Positions 9,157 through 24,720 of a stretch of DNA of 64,000 nucleotides are shown one piece after another (the stretch's first letter is position 1; each line of letters starts with the position of its first letter). Under the pieces are notes generated by a model. The model did no database searches, was not told where the DNA came from, and was given only the letters and a program-made list of their open reading frames with translations. The position numbers were made by a program, and so were the translations under genes. This DNA is from an uncultured Gemmataceae bacterium (GTDB lineage Bacteria; Planctomycetota; Planctomycetia; Gemmatales; Gemmataceae), in the NCBI GenBank assembly GCA_963750165.1, contig CAVVPN010000011.1:64001-128000 (forward strand), read 5' to 3'.

Positions 9157-9497
9157 AGGGGGGAGGAGACTTCTTTACCGTGGTACAGGCGTCTCGCCTG
9201 TGTTGCGCTGCCACAACGGCTGGTTCGGCGCGGACCTCTTGAAACGTCTTCTTTTAGGACGACTATTATCCCCTGTCGAAGCGCTTGTGAAAAGCCTCAA
9301 GAAGCGCCCGCCGGAGAGCGTAACCACCCAGGAACCAGATTGCAAGTAGCGCGCGCCGGAATCTGCAAAAGCCATAACCGGAGTCTCTTGAACCGCCTCC
9401 GAAGCCTTCGCTGGTCCGCGCGGCTACTCATTCCCTGGATGTCATCCTGACGGACAGCCGAACGCCGAACAGCTGCCGTGCGTCAGAAAAAAAATGC

Positions 9498-9526
9498 TTG
9501 TCAGTCGCCCGCCGCTGTGCCACAAT
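9498..9526 (+). promoter_or_regulatory. Sigma70-type promoter
   Basis: TTGTCA-N17-CACAAT with TG extension, upstream of 9653. Confidence 0.6.
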
Positions 9527-9652
9527 CGCAATTGTTCACCCGCCACCGCCGCCATCCCCGCGCCGCCGCGCCCGCCCGGCCCGCCATACCACCCGCCCTC
9601 CGTTGACCGCGGGAGAGTGCCAGGTTTGTGAGGTATTCAACAGGAGTCCGCG

Positions 9653-11098
9653 ATGACCGTCGTCCGACGCTTTTTACTGCCGGTCGCCCTGCTCGGCCTG
9701 TGCTGGCCGCTGCTGTCCGGTGACGCCCGGCCCCAAAAAGACGACAAGGACAAGCTGCCCGAGGTCGTCAGCTATTACCGTCATGTCCGCCCGCTGTTCC
9801 TGCAGCACTGCCAGGGCTGCCATCAGCCCGCCAAGGCCGAGGGCAGCTTCCTGATGACCACCTACGACGAACTCTTCAAGCAGGGCGAGAGCGACAAGCC
9901 CGGCGTCGTCGCCGGCCAGCCCGACCGCAGTTACATTGTCGAGCAGATCACGCCGCACGACGGCAAGTCGCCGAAGATGCCGCGCAACAAGGAACCGCTC
10001 AGCGCCCACGAGGTCAACCTCATCAAGAAGTGGATCGCCCAGGGTGCCCGGAACGACACGCCGCCGTCGGCGCGGCAGATCGTTGTGGACGCCGACCACC
10101 CGCCCGTCTACCACCTGGCGCCGGTGCTCACGTCGGTGGCGTTCTCGCCGGACAGTAAGCTGCTGGCGGTGTCCGGCTATCACGAGGTGCTGCTGCACCA
10201 CGCGGACGGCACCGGCCTGGTGGCGCGACTGATCGGCGCCTCGGAGCGCATCCAGTCGGTGGCGTTCTCGCCGGACGGCAAGTACCTGGCGGTCGCGGGC
10301 GGTTCGCCGGGCCGCTTCGGTGAGATCCAGGTCTGGAATGTCGCGCGCAAGCAGCTCAAGCTGTCGGTGCCGATGACGTTCGACACCGTGTACGGCGTCA
10401 GCTGGTCGCCGGACGGCACGAAGATCGCCTTCGGTTGCGCCGACAAGTCGCTGCGGGCCATCGACCTGACGGGCAAGCAAATTCTCTACCAGGGCGGCCA
10501 CGACGACTGGGTGCTGGAGACGGTCTTCTCGAAGGACGGCTCGCACCTGGTGTCGGTCAGCCGCGACATGTCGATGAAGCTGACCGAGGTGGCGACGCAG
10601 CGGCTGGTCGATAACATCACCAGTATCACGCCGGGGGCGCTCAAGGGCGGCCTGATTACCGTGGACCGGCACCCGACCAAGGACGAACTGGTCATCGGCG
10701 GCGCGGACGGGCTGCCGAAGCTGTACCAGATGTACCGGACCAAACCGCGGCAGATCGGCGACGACTTCAACCGCATCACGAGCTTCAGGCCGGCGGCGCT
10801 GCCGGGGCGCGTGTTTTCGGTGCGCTTCAACAAGGACGGCAGTCGGGTGGTGTGCGGCAGCAGCAAGGACGGCACCGGCGAAGCGCGGGTGCTGCAAGTG
10901 AGCGACGGCAAGTTGATCGCGAAGCTGGACGGCGAGCTGGGACCGGTGTACGCGGTGGCGTTTCGGCCGGACGGCCAACTGGTGGCGTCGGCGGGTTTCG
11001 CCGGCGTGGTCCGGCTGCACGACCCCAACACCGGCAAACTGGTCCGCGAGTTCGTGCCCGTGCCACTGACCCCGGCCAAGGCGATCGGGGCGAAGTGA
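9653..11098 (+). CDS. Planctomycete cytochrome c (PSCyt1-type) plus WD40-repeat protein
   Basis: Signal peptide, CQGCH, KMP...IKKWIAQGA, repeated VAFSPDG WD40 units. Confidence 0.9.
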   Translation: MTVVRRFLLPVALLGLCWPLLSGDARPQKDDKDKLPEVVSYYRHVRPLFLQHCQGCHQPAKAEGSFLMTTYDELFKQGESDKPGVVAGQPDRSYIVEQITPHDGKSPKMPRNKEPLSAHEVNLIKKWIAQGARNDTPPSARQIVVDADHPPVYHLAPVLTSVAFSPDSKLLAVSGYHEVLLHHADGTGLVARLIGASERIQSVAFSPDGKYLAVAGGSPGRFGEIQVWNVARKQLKLSVPMTFDTVYGVSWSPDGTKIAFGCADKSLRAIDLTGKQILYQGGHDDWVLETVFSKDGSHLVSVSRDMSMKLTEVATQRLVDNITSITPGALKGGLITVDRHPTKDELVIGGADGLPKLYQMYRTKPRQIGDDFNRITSFRPAALPGRVFSVRFNKDGSRVVCGSSKDGTGEARVLQVSDGKLIAKLDGELGPVYAVAFRPDGQLVASAGFAGVVRLHDPNTGKLVREFVPVPLTPAKAIGAK

Positions 11099-11102
11099 CC
11101 TC

Positions 11103-11166
11103 TTTCGTGGGGCAGACCTTCCTGTCTGCCGGTCCCTCGGCAGACAGGAAGGTCTGCCCCACGAAA
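11103..11166. repeat. REP-like palindrome, family A (GTGGGGCAGACMTTCCTGTCTGCC)
   Basis: Perfect inverted arms of about 29 bp; related copies at 19686-19743 and 53260-53284. Confidence 0.9.
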
Positions 11167-11226
11167 AGACAATGAAGACAACGAGCGCTAACCATAACAT
11201 CCCGCGACATCCCACAGGCGATACCC

Positions 11227-14567
<3,341 letters not shown>

Positions 14568-14845
14568 GCGCGAACGAGGTGACGCGACTCTAGCAATGTG
14601 GGTCGCGTCGCCTCGTTTCGGGCTCCGCCGGGACGACGCCGCGATGGGTCATCGTGACAACTATCTCATTTCCCACCGTCGGCGCTTGGCGGCGTCACAA
14701 GCGCGGCGACTTCGGGCCGGGGCGGTGAGGCAAGCGCCTGCTGCTTCGGCACCCTTGGCACCCTTGCGCGGCCGGACCGCCAGCGGCCCGGGACCGATCC
14801 TCTTCTTCCACGAATGCGTGGGAATCTCAGATACGGCCGCGAGCG

Positions 14846-15172
14846 TCAACCGTGCGTCCCCTCCGCCGGCGCGAACACGACCAGTAGCGTCAGGTCCATG
14901 GTGATGCTGTGGAAGTGGTGTTCCTGCTGGGCCGGTACGAAGACGACGGAGCCGACCGACACGGGCACGTCCTCAGCGCCGATGCGGATGATGCCACAGC
15001 CGGCGACAACGCAATAGATTTCGTCCTCGGTGTGCGGCCGCTGCGTGTCGATGGCATCTACAGCCAGTTCATAAATGCCGACACTGAATGCGGGCCGGCG
15101 AAGGAATTCCAGGTAGGGTCGGCCGGTTTCCTTGCGTTCAGCAGCCAGTTGCCACAGGTCAAAGATGGACAT
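14846..15172 (-). CDS. Cupin-domain protein
   Basis: QRPHTEDEIYCVVAG and GSVVFVPAQQEHHFH cupin motifs. Confidence 0.9.
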   Translation of the reverse strand: MSIFDLWQLAAERKETGRPYLEFLRRPAFSVGIYELAVDAIDTQRPHTEDEIYCVVAGCGIIRIGAEDVPVSVGSVVFVPAQQEHHFHSITMDLTLLVVFAPAEGTHG

Positions 15173-15198
15173 GGATGGCTCCCGTGAGTGACACCGGC

Positions 15199-15416
15199 TC
15201 AATCCGCCCAGTTCTCGACGCGCAGCCCGGGGATGAGTTTGAAGTGACGCAGGTTGCGCGACACCAGGTAGCGCGGTTGGCCTTGCCGATCTTCCGTCCG
15301 GGGACTGCCCCCTGTTCGGCCAACTCCCGCAACGCCTTCTGTGAGACCTGCAGGTACGCTGCCGCCTCGGACAGTTTCAGCACTTCTCCTGTGGAATTCA
15401 CTGTGGCCATGACCAT
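15199..15416 (-). pseudogene. Deleted TA remnant: excisionase-type HTH N-terminus joined to a PIN/VapC C-terminus
   Basis: EVLKLSEAAAYLQVS...VPGRKIG followed at once by ANRAT/LVSRNLRHFKLIPGLRVENW. Confidence 0.7.
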
Positions 15417-15577
15417 TCCCCCGTGCGCGGGGCCGATCAAAATCCAATACTTGTCCGCCATCCTGAGCTTAGCAAACGCCCCAGCGCGCCTCAATGCCTC
15501 GCCGCCGCGTTCCCTGGACGCCGCCGCGCAACCGCCGTATACCGAGCAGCAACCCTCGCCACGATCAGGAGCCCCGC

Positions 15578-17260
<1,683 letters not shown>

Positions 17261-17268
17261 TAGTTGGG

Positions 17269-17685
17269 TCAACCGTAATTGACGCGCGCAATCGCGGCCT
17301 TGATGTTTTTCCAGCGCTCCGAGTTAATCGGCAACTGGTCGAACGCCTGGATGATGCGTTCCGCTTCTCGGATGGCGGCAAGCGCTGCCTCCTCTTGCTC
17401 GGTGGACGGGTCGCTCATGAAATAGTCGGCGAGTACACGCTGGGCGTGAAAATCCCCCAGAGTGGACCCGATTTGTTCGAACTCCGGGTCGGCACAGTTC
17501 AATAACTTTCGCTGCAGGGCCACATGATATTCCTTGCCGGCTTTTGGAAACCCCAGTTTTTCCAGAAAGTCCACGGCCACGTTGAAAACGGCGTAATACG
17601 CGCGGCTGACCGCGGAGCGGTATTCAGCCGAGCCCTGTTTGCCTGCCAGATGGACAGCCACCTCAAGGATTCGTCGGGGGTTCAT
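17269..17685 (-). CDS. HEPN-domain protein
   Basis: RSAVSRAYYAVF, a conserved H and R..ADY; sequence visibly more AT-rich than its neighbours. Confidence 0.85.
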   Translation of the reverse strand: MNPRRILEVAVHLAGKQGSAEYRSAVSRAYYAVFNVAVDFLEKLGFPKAGKEYHVALQRKLLNCADPEFEQIGSTLGDFHAQRVLADYFMSDPSTEQEEAALAAIREAERIIQAFDQLPINSERWKNIKAAIARVNYG

Positions 17686-18007
17686 GTCTACCACTGAAGT
17701 TGTACAATGTCCGAATGAAGAACTGCTTTTCTTTGGGGATATCGGCCATCCACAATTTCTTAAACGTGGTGTAGTCCGCCAGCACCTCTTCGACGCTCCC
17801 CGGGGCGAACACGTCAACAACAAGCCATTCCCAACAACTCTCGGGGTCTCCCACCACACGCAGGGCGGTTTTGTCCGTCCGGAAACACCGCTTGGCCAAT
17901 TCGACAGTCCTTGCCACCTCGTCGGTAATGTCCTTCTCCTCGCAAAAAGCGACCACCTCCGGTGAAGGTATTTGCAGGTTGGCATCAGGCAACTGGACGG
18001 TGTCCAT
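17663..18007 (-). CDS. Hypothetical protein, upstream partner of the HEPN gene
   Basis: GGAG RBS, acidic 114-aa ORF overlapping the HEPN start. Confidence 0.7.
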   Translation of the reverse strand: MDTVQLPDANLQIPSPEVVAFCEEKDITDEVARTVELAKRCFRTDKTALRVVGDPESCWEWLVVDVFAPGSVEEVLADYTTFKKLWMADIPKEKQFFIRTLYNFSGRHEPPTNP

Positions 18008-18063
18008 TGGATTCTCCCATTGAAAAGGTCTGTTCTGACGCTGGGCCTTTCCCATCGCGGGCC

Positions 18064-19638
18064 TCAGCCGCACCGCCGGTCCATATCCTCACGCAAGCGC
18101 TCGATCGCCTCGCACGCCAGGTGGGCGATGTCGCCGTCCTCCGAGTCCGCCAGCCGGTCCAGGTCCGGCCACAGCAGCGTCAGCCCCTCGACCGCGACCA
18201 CCTGAATCGCCTCGTGAACCTGCCGGCTCTCCTCACCGGTCAGCGCCTGACGGAACCACTGCAGCGCCTGCCGTTCGCCCAGCCGCGCCAGCGCCGCCCG
18301 GCCGTTCTGCCGCACTTCCGCGTTGGCGTCGCGCCGCGCCTGCTGCAGGCACGCCAGGATTTCACCGCGGCGCAGCGGCTCCCACCAGCCCAGGCTGCTC
18401 ACCGCCGCCGCCCGGATGGTCGGGTCCCAGTCGCACGACGCCAGCGCCAGAAACGCCTCGGTCTCCGGCGACGGGTGGCCGCGCAGCGCCCGCAGGATGG
18501 CCCGGTACGGCACGTCCGCCGGCACCGACGACCGGCCCGGCGGCAGCGGCCGTCGTCGCCACTGCGCTCGCCGCGTCATGCCGACGCGCCGCTTCACCCA
18601 CTCGCGCAGGTACGGCCCCACGCGCGGGTCGTGCGACCACGTCAGCACCTCGACCGCCGGCTCGTGCAGCGGTGCCGGCAGCTTCATCAACATCGGCAGC
18701 AGCGCGGCGCCCGCCTCCGCGTACAGGTCGTTGAGCGCCTGCAGCACGTCGCGCAGTTCCTGGGGCCGGGCGGTGGGGATGAGCGCGCACAGGTGATGGG
18801 GCGCCTCGTCGAGATAGTCCGTCAGCACCGGCTCCAGCACCGCGACACGCGATAGTTGCCACTCGAACGCCTCCTGTTCGGCGGTCTCCTCCGCGAGCGC
18901 CAGCCGGGCGTGCGGGGCGCGGCGCAGCAACTTCAGCGTCTCGGCCAGCACGCGCACCACCAGCGGGTGGACCTCCTCGGGCCGGTGGTCCCACAGGTTC
19001 TCGATCACCTCACCGAGCCGGGCCTCCATGACCAGGTAGGGCGGCACGCCGTGGCGCAACCCCTCGATGGCCCGGTGCAGCACCCGCAGTGCCGCCCGGC
19101 CCAGCGGCGTCTCCGGCTCACGCAGGTAGCCGCCGAAGCTTAAAAAGCACACGGTCTCGGCGGCGAAGAAGTGGCCCAGCGGGATGTCGCCGGCGTTGTC
19201 GGCGACGCGGAGCAGGTGCGGCAGGCTCTCCTGACGGTTCAGACTGCGCAGGCTGCTGGCCAGGTCGATCCAGTACCACGATTGTTCGAGCAGGTCATCG
19301 CTGAGGCGGCGCTGCAACTGGCGTTCGAGGATGCGGCCGGCGTCGTCGGTGCCGATCTCGGCCAGGGCGCGGACCTGCACCACGAAGTGCATGCCCGGCC
19401 GCAGACTGGCCTCGACCTGGGCCAGTTCGCCGCGCTCCAGCAGATCGCGGAAGCGGGCCTTGGCGGCCTCGACCTGGGCCTCATTGAGTTGACCGCCCTG
19501 GAACAGGTCGAGGTGTTGCCGGGTCACCGGCGACAGCGTCTCCGTGGGCGCCTGCCGCCGGTTCAGATGGCGGCCCAGCAGGAACGCCGCCGCCATCATC
19601 ATCGGCAGCACCACCGCCATGATCATGACCGCTTCCAT
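18064..19638 (-). CDS. HEAT-repeat protein with N-terminal membrane anchor
   Basis: Hydrophobic N-terminus; DPTIRAAAVSSLG, NAEVRQNGRAALARLG repeats. Confidence 0.8.
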   Translation of the reverse strand: MEAVMIMAVVLPMMMAAAFLLGRHLNRRQAPTETLSPVTRQHLDLFQGGQLNEAQVEAAKARFRDLLERGELAQVEASLRPGMHFVVQVRALAEIGTDDAGRILERQLQRRLSDDLLEQSWYWIDLASSLRSLNRQESLPHLLRVADNAGDIPLGHFFAAETVCFLSFGGYLREPETPLGRAALRVLHRAIEGLRHGVPPYLVMEARLGEVIENLWDHRPEEVHPLVVRVLAETLKLLRRAPHARLALAEETAEQEAFEWQLSRVAVLEPVLTDYLDEAPHHLCALIPTARPQELRDVLQALNDLYAEAGAALLPMLMKLPAPLHEPAVEVLTWSHDPRVGPYLREWVKRRVGMTRRAQWRRRPLPPGRSSVPADVPYRAILRALRGHPSPETEAFLALASCDWDPTIRAAAVSSLGWWEPLRRGEILACLQQARRDANAEVRQNGRAALARLGERQALQWFRQALTGEESRQVHEAIQVVAVEGLTLLWPDLDRLADSEDGDIAHLACEAIERLREDMDRRCG

Positions 19639-19685
19639 CGGCACCGTCCTCGGTCTCTGGGTGTTGCGCTCAGGGTGTCCTTCTG

Positions 19686-19743
19686 CGTGGGGTAGACATT
19701 CCTGTCTGCCAACCACAACGGCAGACAGAAATGTCTGCCCACG
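19686..19743. repeat. REP-like palindrome, family A
   Basis: cgtggggtagacattcctgtctgcc / ggcagacagaaatgtctgcccacg. Confidence 0.88.
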
Positions 19744-19752
19744 TACCAACCG

Positions 19753-21009
19753 TCACTCCCGCACCTGCCCGTCGCCGTACACGACGTATTTGTAGCTGCA
19801 CAATTCTAGCAAACCGCATGGGCCGCGTGCGTGAAATTTATCCGTGCTGATACCGATTTCCGCGCCGAGGCCGAATTCATGGCCGTCATGGAAGCGCGTG
19901 CTGGCGTTGACCACCACCGCCGCCGAGTCCACCGCCGCGGTGAAACGCCGCGCCGCGGTCAGATCGTTGGTCACGATCGCGTCCGTGTGCTGCGAACCGT
20001 AGCGGCTGATGTGCTCGATCGCTTCCTCCAGGTTGTTCACCACCTTGATCGACAGGATCAGGTCCAGGTATTCCGCCGCGTAATCCTCCTCGGTGGCCGG
20101 CTGCGCGTCCGGCAGCAGGCGGCGCGTCGCCGCGCAGCCGCGCAGCTCGACGCCGCGCTGCCGCAGCGCTGCCCCGATGCGCGGCAGGAACGCCGTGGCG
20201 GCGTCGGCGTGGACCAGCAGACTTTCCGCCGCGTTGCAGACGCCGGGCCGCTGGCACTTGGCGTTGACGACGATTCGCTCCGCCATCGCCAGGTCGGCGG
20301 CACCATCGACGTAGACGTGACAGTTGCCGCGGTAGTGCTTCAGCACCGGCATCGTCGCCTCGGCGGTGACGCGGCGGATCAACGCCTCGCCGCCGCGCGG
20401 GATCACCAGATCAATGGTATCGCTCTGCCGCAGCAGTTGGCCGACGGCGGCGCGGTCGGTCGTGCTCACCAGCTGCACCGCGTCCTCCGGCAGTTCAGCG
20501 GTGCGCAGGGCGTCCTGCAAGATTTTGTGCAACTCGGTGTTGGAGTGCAGCGCTTCCTTGCCGCCGCGAAGGATGACGGCGTTGCCGCTTTTGACGCACA
20601 GCGCGGCGGCGTCGGCAGTGACGTTCGGCCGGGATTCGTAGATGAAAAAGATGACACCGAGCGGCACCTGGACCTTGTGGACCTGCAAGCCGTTGGGCTG
20701 GACGCTGCTGTTGGCGACGCGGCCGACGGGGTCCGGCAGCGCCGCCACCTCGCGCAGCCCGGCGGCGACGCTGCGGAGGCGCTCGGGAGTCAGCCGCAGT
20801 CGATCCACCGCGGCGCCGGTCAGGCCAGCGTCGGCGGCACCGGCCAGGTCGCGCGCGTTGGCGGCGAGCAGTTCGGGCGTGCGCTCCTCCAGATGGCGGG
20901 CGGCCAGGTGCAGCCAGCGGTTCTTGCGGTCGGTGGTCAGCGTCGCCAGGGTGCGGCAGGCGCGGCGGGCGCGCTGGCCGAGGTCGCGACAGTAGATTTG
21001 TAAATCCAT
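19753..21009 (-). CDS. proA: Gamma-glutamyl phosphate reductase
   Basis: [50 protein letters not shown]. Confidence 0.97.
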   Translation of the reverse strand: MDLQIYCRDLGQRARRACRTLATLTTDRKNRWLHLAARHLEERTPELLAANARDLAGAADAGLTGAAVDRLRLTPERLRSVAAGLREVAALPDPVGRVANSSVQPNGLQVHKVQVPLGVIFFIYESRPNVTADAAALCVKSGNAVILRGGKEALHSNTELHKILQDALRTAELPEDAVQLVSTTDRAAVGQLLRQSDTIDLVIPRGGEALIRRVTAEATMPVLKHYRGNCHVYVDGAADLAMAERIVVNAKCQRPGVCNAAESLLVHADAATAFLPRIGAALRQRGVELRGCAATRRLLPDAQPATEEDYAAEYLDLILSIKVVNNLEEAIEHISRYGSQHTDAIVTNDLTAARRFTAAVDSAAVVVNASTRFHDGHEFGLGAEIGISTDKFHARGPCGLLELCSYKYVVYGDGQVRE

Positions 21010-21055
21010 GACACTTTCAAGGCAGGAAAAGACGACGCCAGCGTTCCTCCAGATT

Positions 21056-21099
21056 GATTCATCGTTTCGCGCCGGCCCGCCGGCGCGAAACGATGAATC
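21056..21099. repeat. Perfect palindrome, family H (CGTTTCGCGC...GCGCGAAACG)
   Basis: About 21-bp arms; related core at 61352-61406. Confidence 0.85.
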
Positions 21100-21112
21100 G
21101 AGGCAGACGGGT

Positions 21113-22243
21113 TTAGTCGTCGCCGCCAGCGGCCGGCTCCAGCACAAACGCCACGCGACGCGGCGGCTCCTGGGCCAGCTGAAAATCCCTTGGTAATTGT
21201 AGCCGAACTGGCTCCAGATTTCTGCCCTGGCCGAAACTGCCGCGCGTCAGGTCCACGAACGCCTGCACTGCCGGCGGCTCCTCCGTCGCCGGCCCGACCA
21301 CGCGCAGGCTGATCCGCCCCCTGTCCTTGTCGAAGCGCGGCCGCCACGGGAAGTCTGGCGGACACAGGAACGTCACCGGCACGTCCGTCAGTTCGTACAC
21401 CTTCTGGCGTGGGTGGACGCGGAAGCGGAACGTCACGCTCGGCGGCGTCGCCTGGATCGGTCGGCCTTCCAGTTCGCGCACCAGCGATACCTGACCGCGC
21501 AGCAGCATGTCGGGGCCGCTGGCGAGTTCGTCCGGCGTCGCCACAGTGTACGGCTGCGTGGCGATGAAGCGAACGCGGTCCAGCACGTCCTTGGGGCCGC
21601 GCACCATCACGGTCGCGGGCTCCAGCTTGACCTGACTGATGCGCACGTCGCCGGTGTGGTCGAGGCGCACGGGCAGGTGCCGCTCGGCCAGTTTGAGCAG
21701 CTTGACCGGGATGGCATTGCGGCCCTCGGAAACGACGGCCTGCACGCCCGGCGGCACCGGCACCGCCTCCGCCTCCACGCGCAAGCAGTCGTGGTAAACG
21801 CTGTCCTTGAGGCACTCCTCCGGCACCGCGAGCGTCACCGGCACGAAGACCTGGCCGCGCTGGAGTTGATTGCGGAGTTCGCGGATGCGCGATGGCGGGC
21901 CCGTGAACGACACCGGCACTCGACTGCTGCCGTCGATCTCCAGTTCGTAGTTGCCGAGCGTGCCCGGCGCCAGGATGATCTGCACAGGGATGGGCATGTC
22001 GTCGAGGGTTTCCTGATCGCGGCTGCGGGCGTACAGCCAGACCAGGAACGCCAGGCTCAGGGCCACAAGCACTTCCAGGACGATGTTGCGGAGGCAGTAC
22101 GCGGCGAACCACGCCCCCGGGAACGGCCAGCGCAGCCAGGCGCCCCAGGTGAACTTGCCCGTCTCCTGCGCCGCCGCGGCGCCCAGCATGGGGCGGACGG
22201 GCGAGAGCCGCTGCGTTTCCTTGTTGAGGTGCATCTGGTTCAT
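21113..22243 (-). CDS. YbbR/CdaR-like regulator of diadenylate cyclase
   Basis: Single TM ([11 protein letters not shown]), beta-rich repeats (V..TGP, V.VRGP, .RVVGP); directly downstream of cdaA. Confidence 0.75.
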   Translation of the reverse strand: MNQMHLNKETQRLSPVRPMLGAAAAQETGKFTWGAWLRWPFPGAWFAAYCLRNIVLEVLVALSLAFLVWLYARSRDQETLDDMPIPVQIILAPGTLGNYELEIDGSSRVPVSFTGPPSRIRELRNQLQRGQVFVPVTLAVPEECLKDSVYHDCLRVEAEAVPVPPGVQAVVSEGRNAIPVKLLKLAERHLPVRLDHTGDVRISQVKLEPATVMVRGPKDVLDRVRFIATQPYTVATPDELASGPDMLLRGQVSLVRELEGRPIQATPPSVTFRFRVHPRQKVYELTDVPVTFLCPPDFPWRPRFDKDRGRISLRVVGPATEEPPAVQAFVDLTRGSFGQGRNLEPVRLQLPRDFQLAQEPPRRVAFVLEPAAGGDD

Positions 22244-22246
22244 GGG

Positions 22247-23074
22247 TCAGGCCGCCTTGCGCAGGGGGTACGTGGCCGGGCTGCTGAGCACCGTCGCCAG
22301 CCGCCGGGCGAGCTGTTCGCGCGGCACCGTTTCCAGCTTGCCGCCCTGCGCCAGCGAGATGCGGCCGGTCTCCTCGCTGACCACCAGCAGCAGCGCATCG
22401 GTCTCCTCGCTCAGGCACAGGGCCGCCCGGTGACGCATGCCCAGATGATGGTGGTCCGGCTGCTCGGGCGTCTTGCCGTCGCGGACCACCAGCGGCAGTT
22501 GACACGCCGCGGCAACGACGCGGCCGCTGCTCAGGATGACGGCCCCGTCGTGCAGCGGACTGCGCGGCATGAAGATGCAGCGGATCAACGCCGACGAGAA
22601 GTCACCGTCAATGCGCTCGCCGGTGTCGATATACGGCCCCAGGCCGACCTCGCGCTGGATGGCGATCAGCGCCCCCACGCAGTCGCGCGACAGCGCCTCG
22701 GCGGTGACCGCCAGCAGCTCCGCCAGCGACTGGGTATCGACGTTCAGGTAGCGCCACACGGTCGAGCGGCCGAGCACCATCAGGCCGCGGCGCAGCTCCG
22801 GCTGGAAGATGACGACCAGGCCGAGGAGCACAGTGGTCAGCACATAGTCGAGGACGCGGCCCAGTTCGGTGAGGTCGAGCGCGGCGATGACGACCTGAGC
22901 GGCCAAAAACAGGCAGACGGCGACCAGGCCGAGGCCACGACCGATGGACGAGCCAGGGCCGCAGGTCTTGCCGAGGAAGTGCAGGACCGCGTAGATGACC
23001 ACCGCCAGAATGCCGATCTGGATCAGGTCCGCGGTGCTCACCGATTCATAAAGCTGGCCGAGTCGATGGATCAA
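22247..23074 (-). CDS. cdaA: Diadenylate cyclase CdaA/DacA
   Basis: Three TM helices, VIFQPELRR, SPLHDGAVI, GMRHRAA, VSEETG. Confidence 0.95.
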   Translation of the reverse strand: MIHRLGQLYESVSTADLIQIGILAVVIYAVLHFLGKTCGPGSSIGRGLGLVAVCLFLAAQVVIAALDLTELGRVLDYVLTTVLLGLVVIFQPELRRGLMVLGRSTVWRYLNVDTQSLAELLAVTAEALSRDCVGALIAIQREVGLGPYIDTGERIDGDFSSALIRCIFMPRSPLHDGAVILSSGRVVAAACQLPLVVRDGKTPEQPDHHHLGMRHRAALCLSEETDALLLVVSEETGRISLAQGGKLETVPREQLARRLATVLSSPATYPLRKAA

Positions 23075-23094
23075 GGCAGCCTCCGCTTGCCCGT

Positions 23095-24062
<968 letters not shown>

Positions 24063-24065
<3 letters not shown>

Positions 24066-24665
24066 CCAAGGCTTCTCCATCATGGATACGATCTGCACCG
24101 CGAGTCGGTTGACGTTGTCCTGCTCGGCGGTGGTGAGCGATTGGCCGATTTCGGGCGTGAACGAGGCCAGGGACTGGACGATGACCGGCGGCTGCGGGTC
24201 GCCCGGCTTCAGCGGCGGGTCGTCGGCGCGGCGCGGCTTGTTCAGCGACAGCGGGTCGCCGATGTGGCCCGCCCGCAGGTCGCGCCACTTCACTTCCACC
24301 GTCAGCGTCGTCTCGGCGTTACGGATCTCGTTCAAATTGTTCTGCACGATCGTCGCCTTGGTGCGGCTGACGATGGTGCCGAGCAGCTCGGTGTCGGCTT
24401 TCTCGCGGCAGCTAGTGACCTTGAAGGGCGTCTTGTCCTCGATCTCGCGGATGACGGCCTGGGTCAGGTCGAATTCGAGATTCTGGCGCAAGGTGGTGTT
24501 CTTGAAGATGGGCACGTACACGGTGTGGATGCCCGAGTCGTAGTTCGGCTCGGTTGTGTAGCCGAGTACGTTGAAGTGGCCGTTGCCGGTGCACCCGACC
24601 AGCGCCGCCACCGCGCCCGCCAGCAGCAGACCGCCCACGCCACGGATCCAGCGCGTGCCTTTCAT
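24063..24665 (-). CDS. lptE: LPS assembly lipoprotein LptE-like
   Basis: Lipobox LVGC; GYT....YDSGIHTVYVPIFKN...LEFDLTQAVIREIE; position after bamD. Confidence 0.8.
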
Positions 24666-24720
24666 GGTCCGAACCTCCCTGTCCCCGCAGAGCAGGCGAG
24701 CCGCCTGCGCTACGGCAGAA

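Noticed and set aside
8927..9349. 140-aa plus-strand ORF in the divergent gap
   Set aside because: Atypical codon usage and no recognisable motif; overlaps the candidate RNA structure.
9328..9438. Second possible hairpin containing CTTGAACC, reminiscent of 6S RNA
   Set aside because: Helices are short and GC-driven with no strand-specific G-U signal; cannot be separated from chance without a covariance search.
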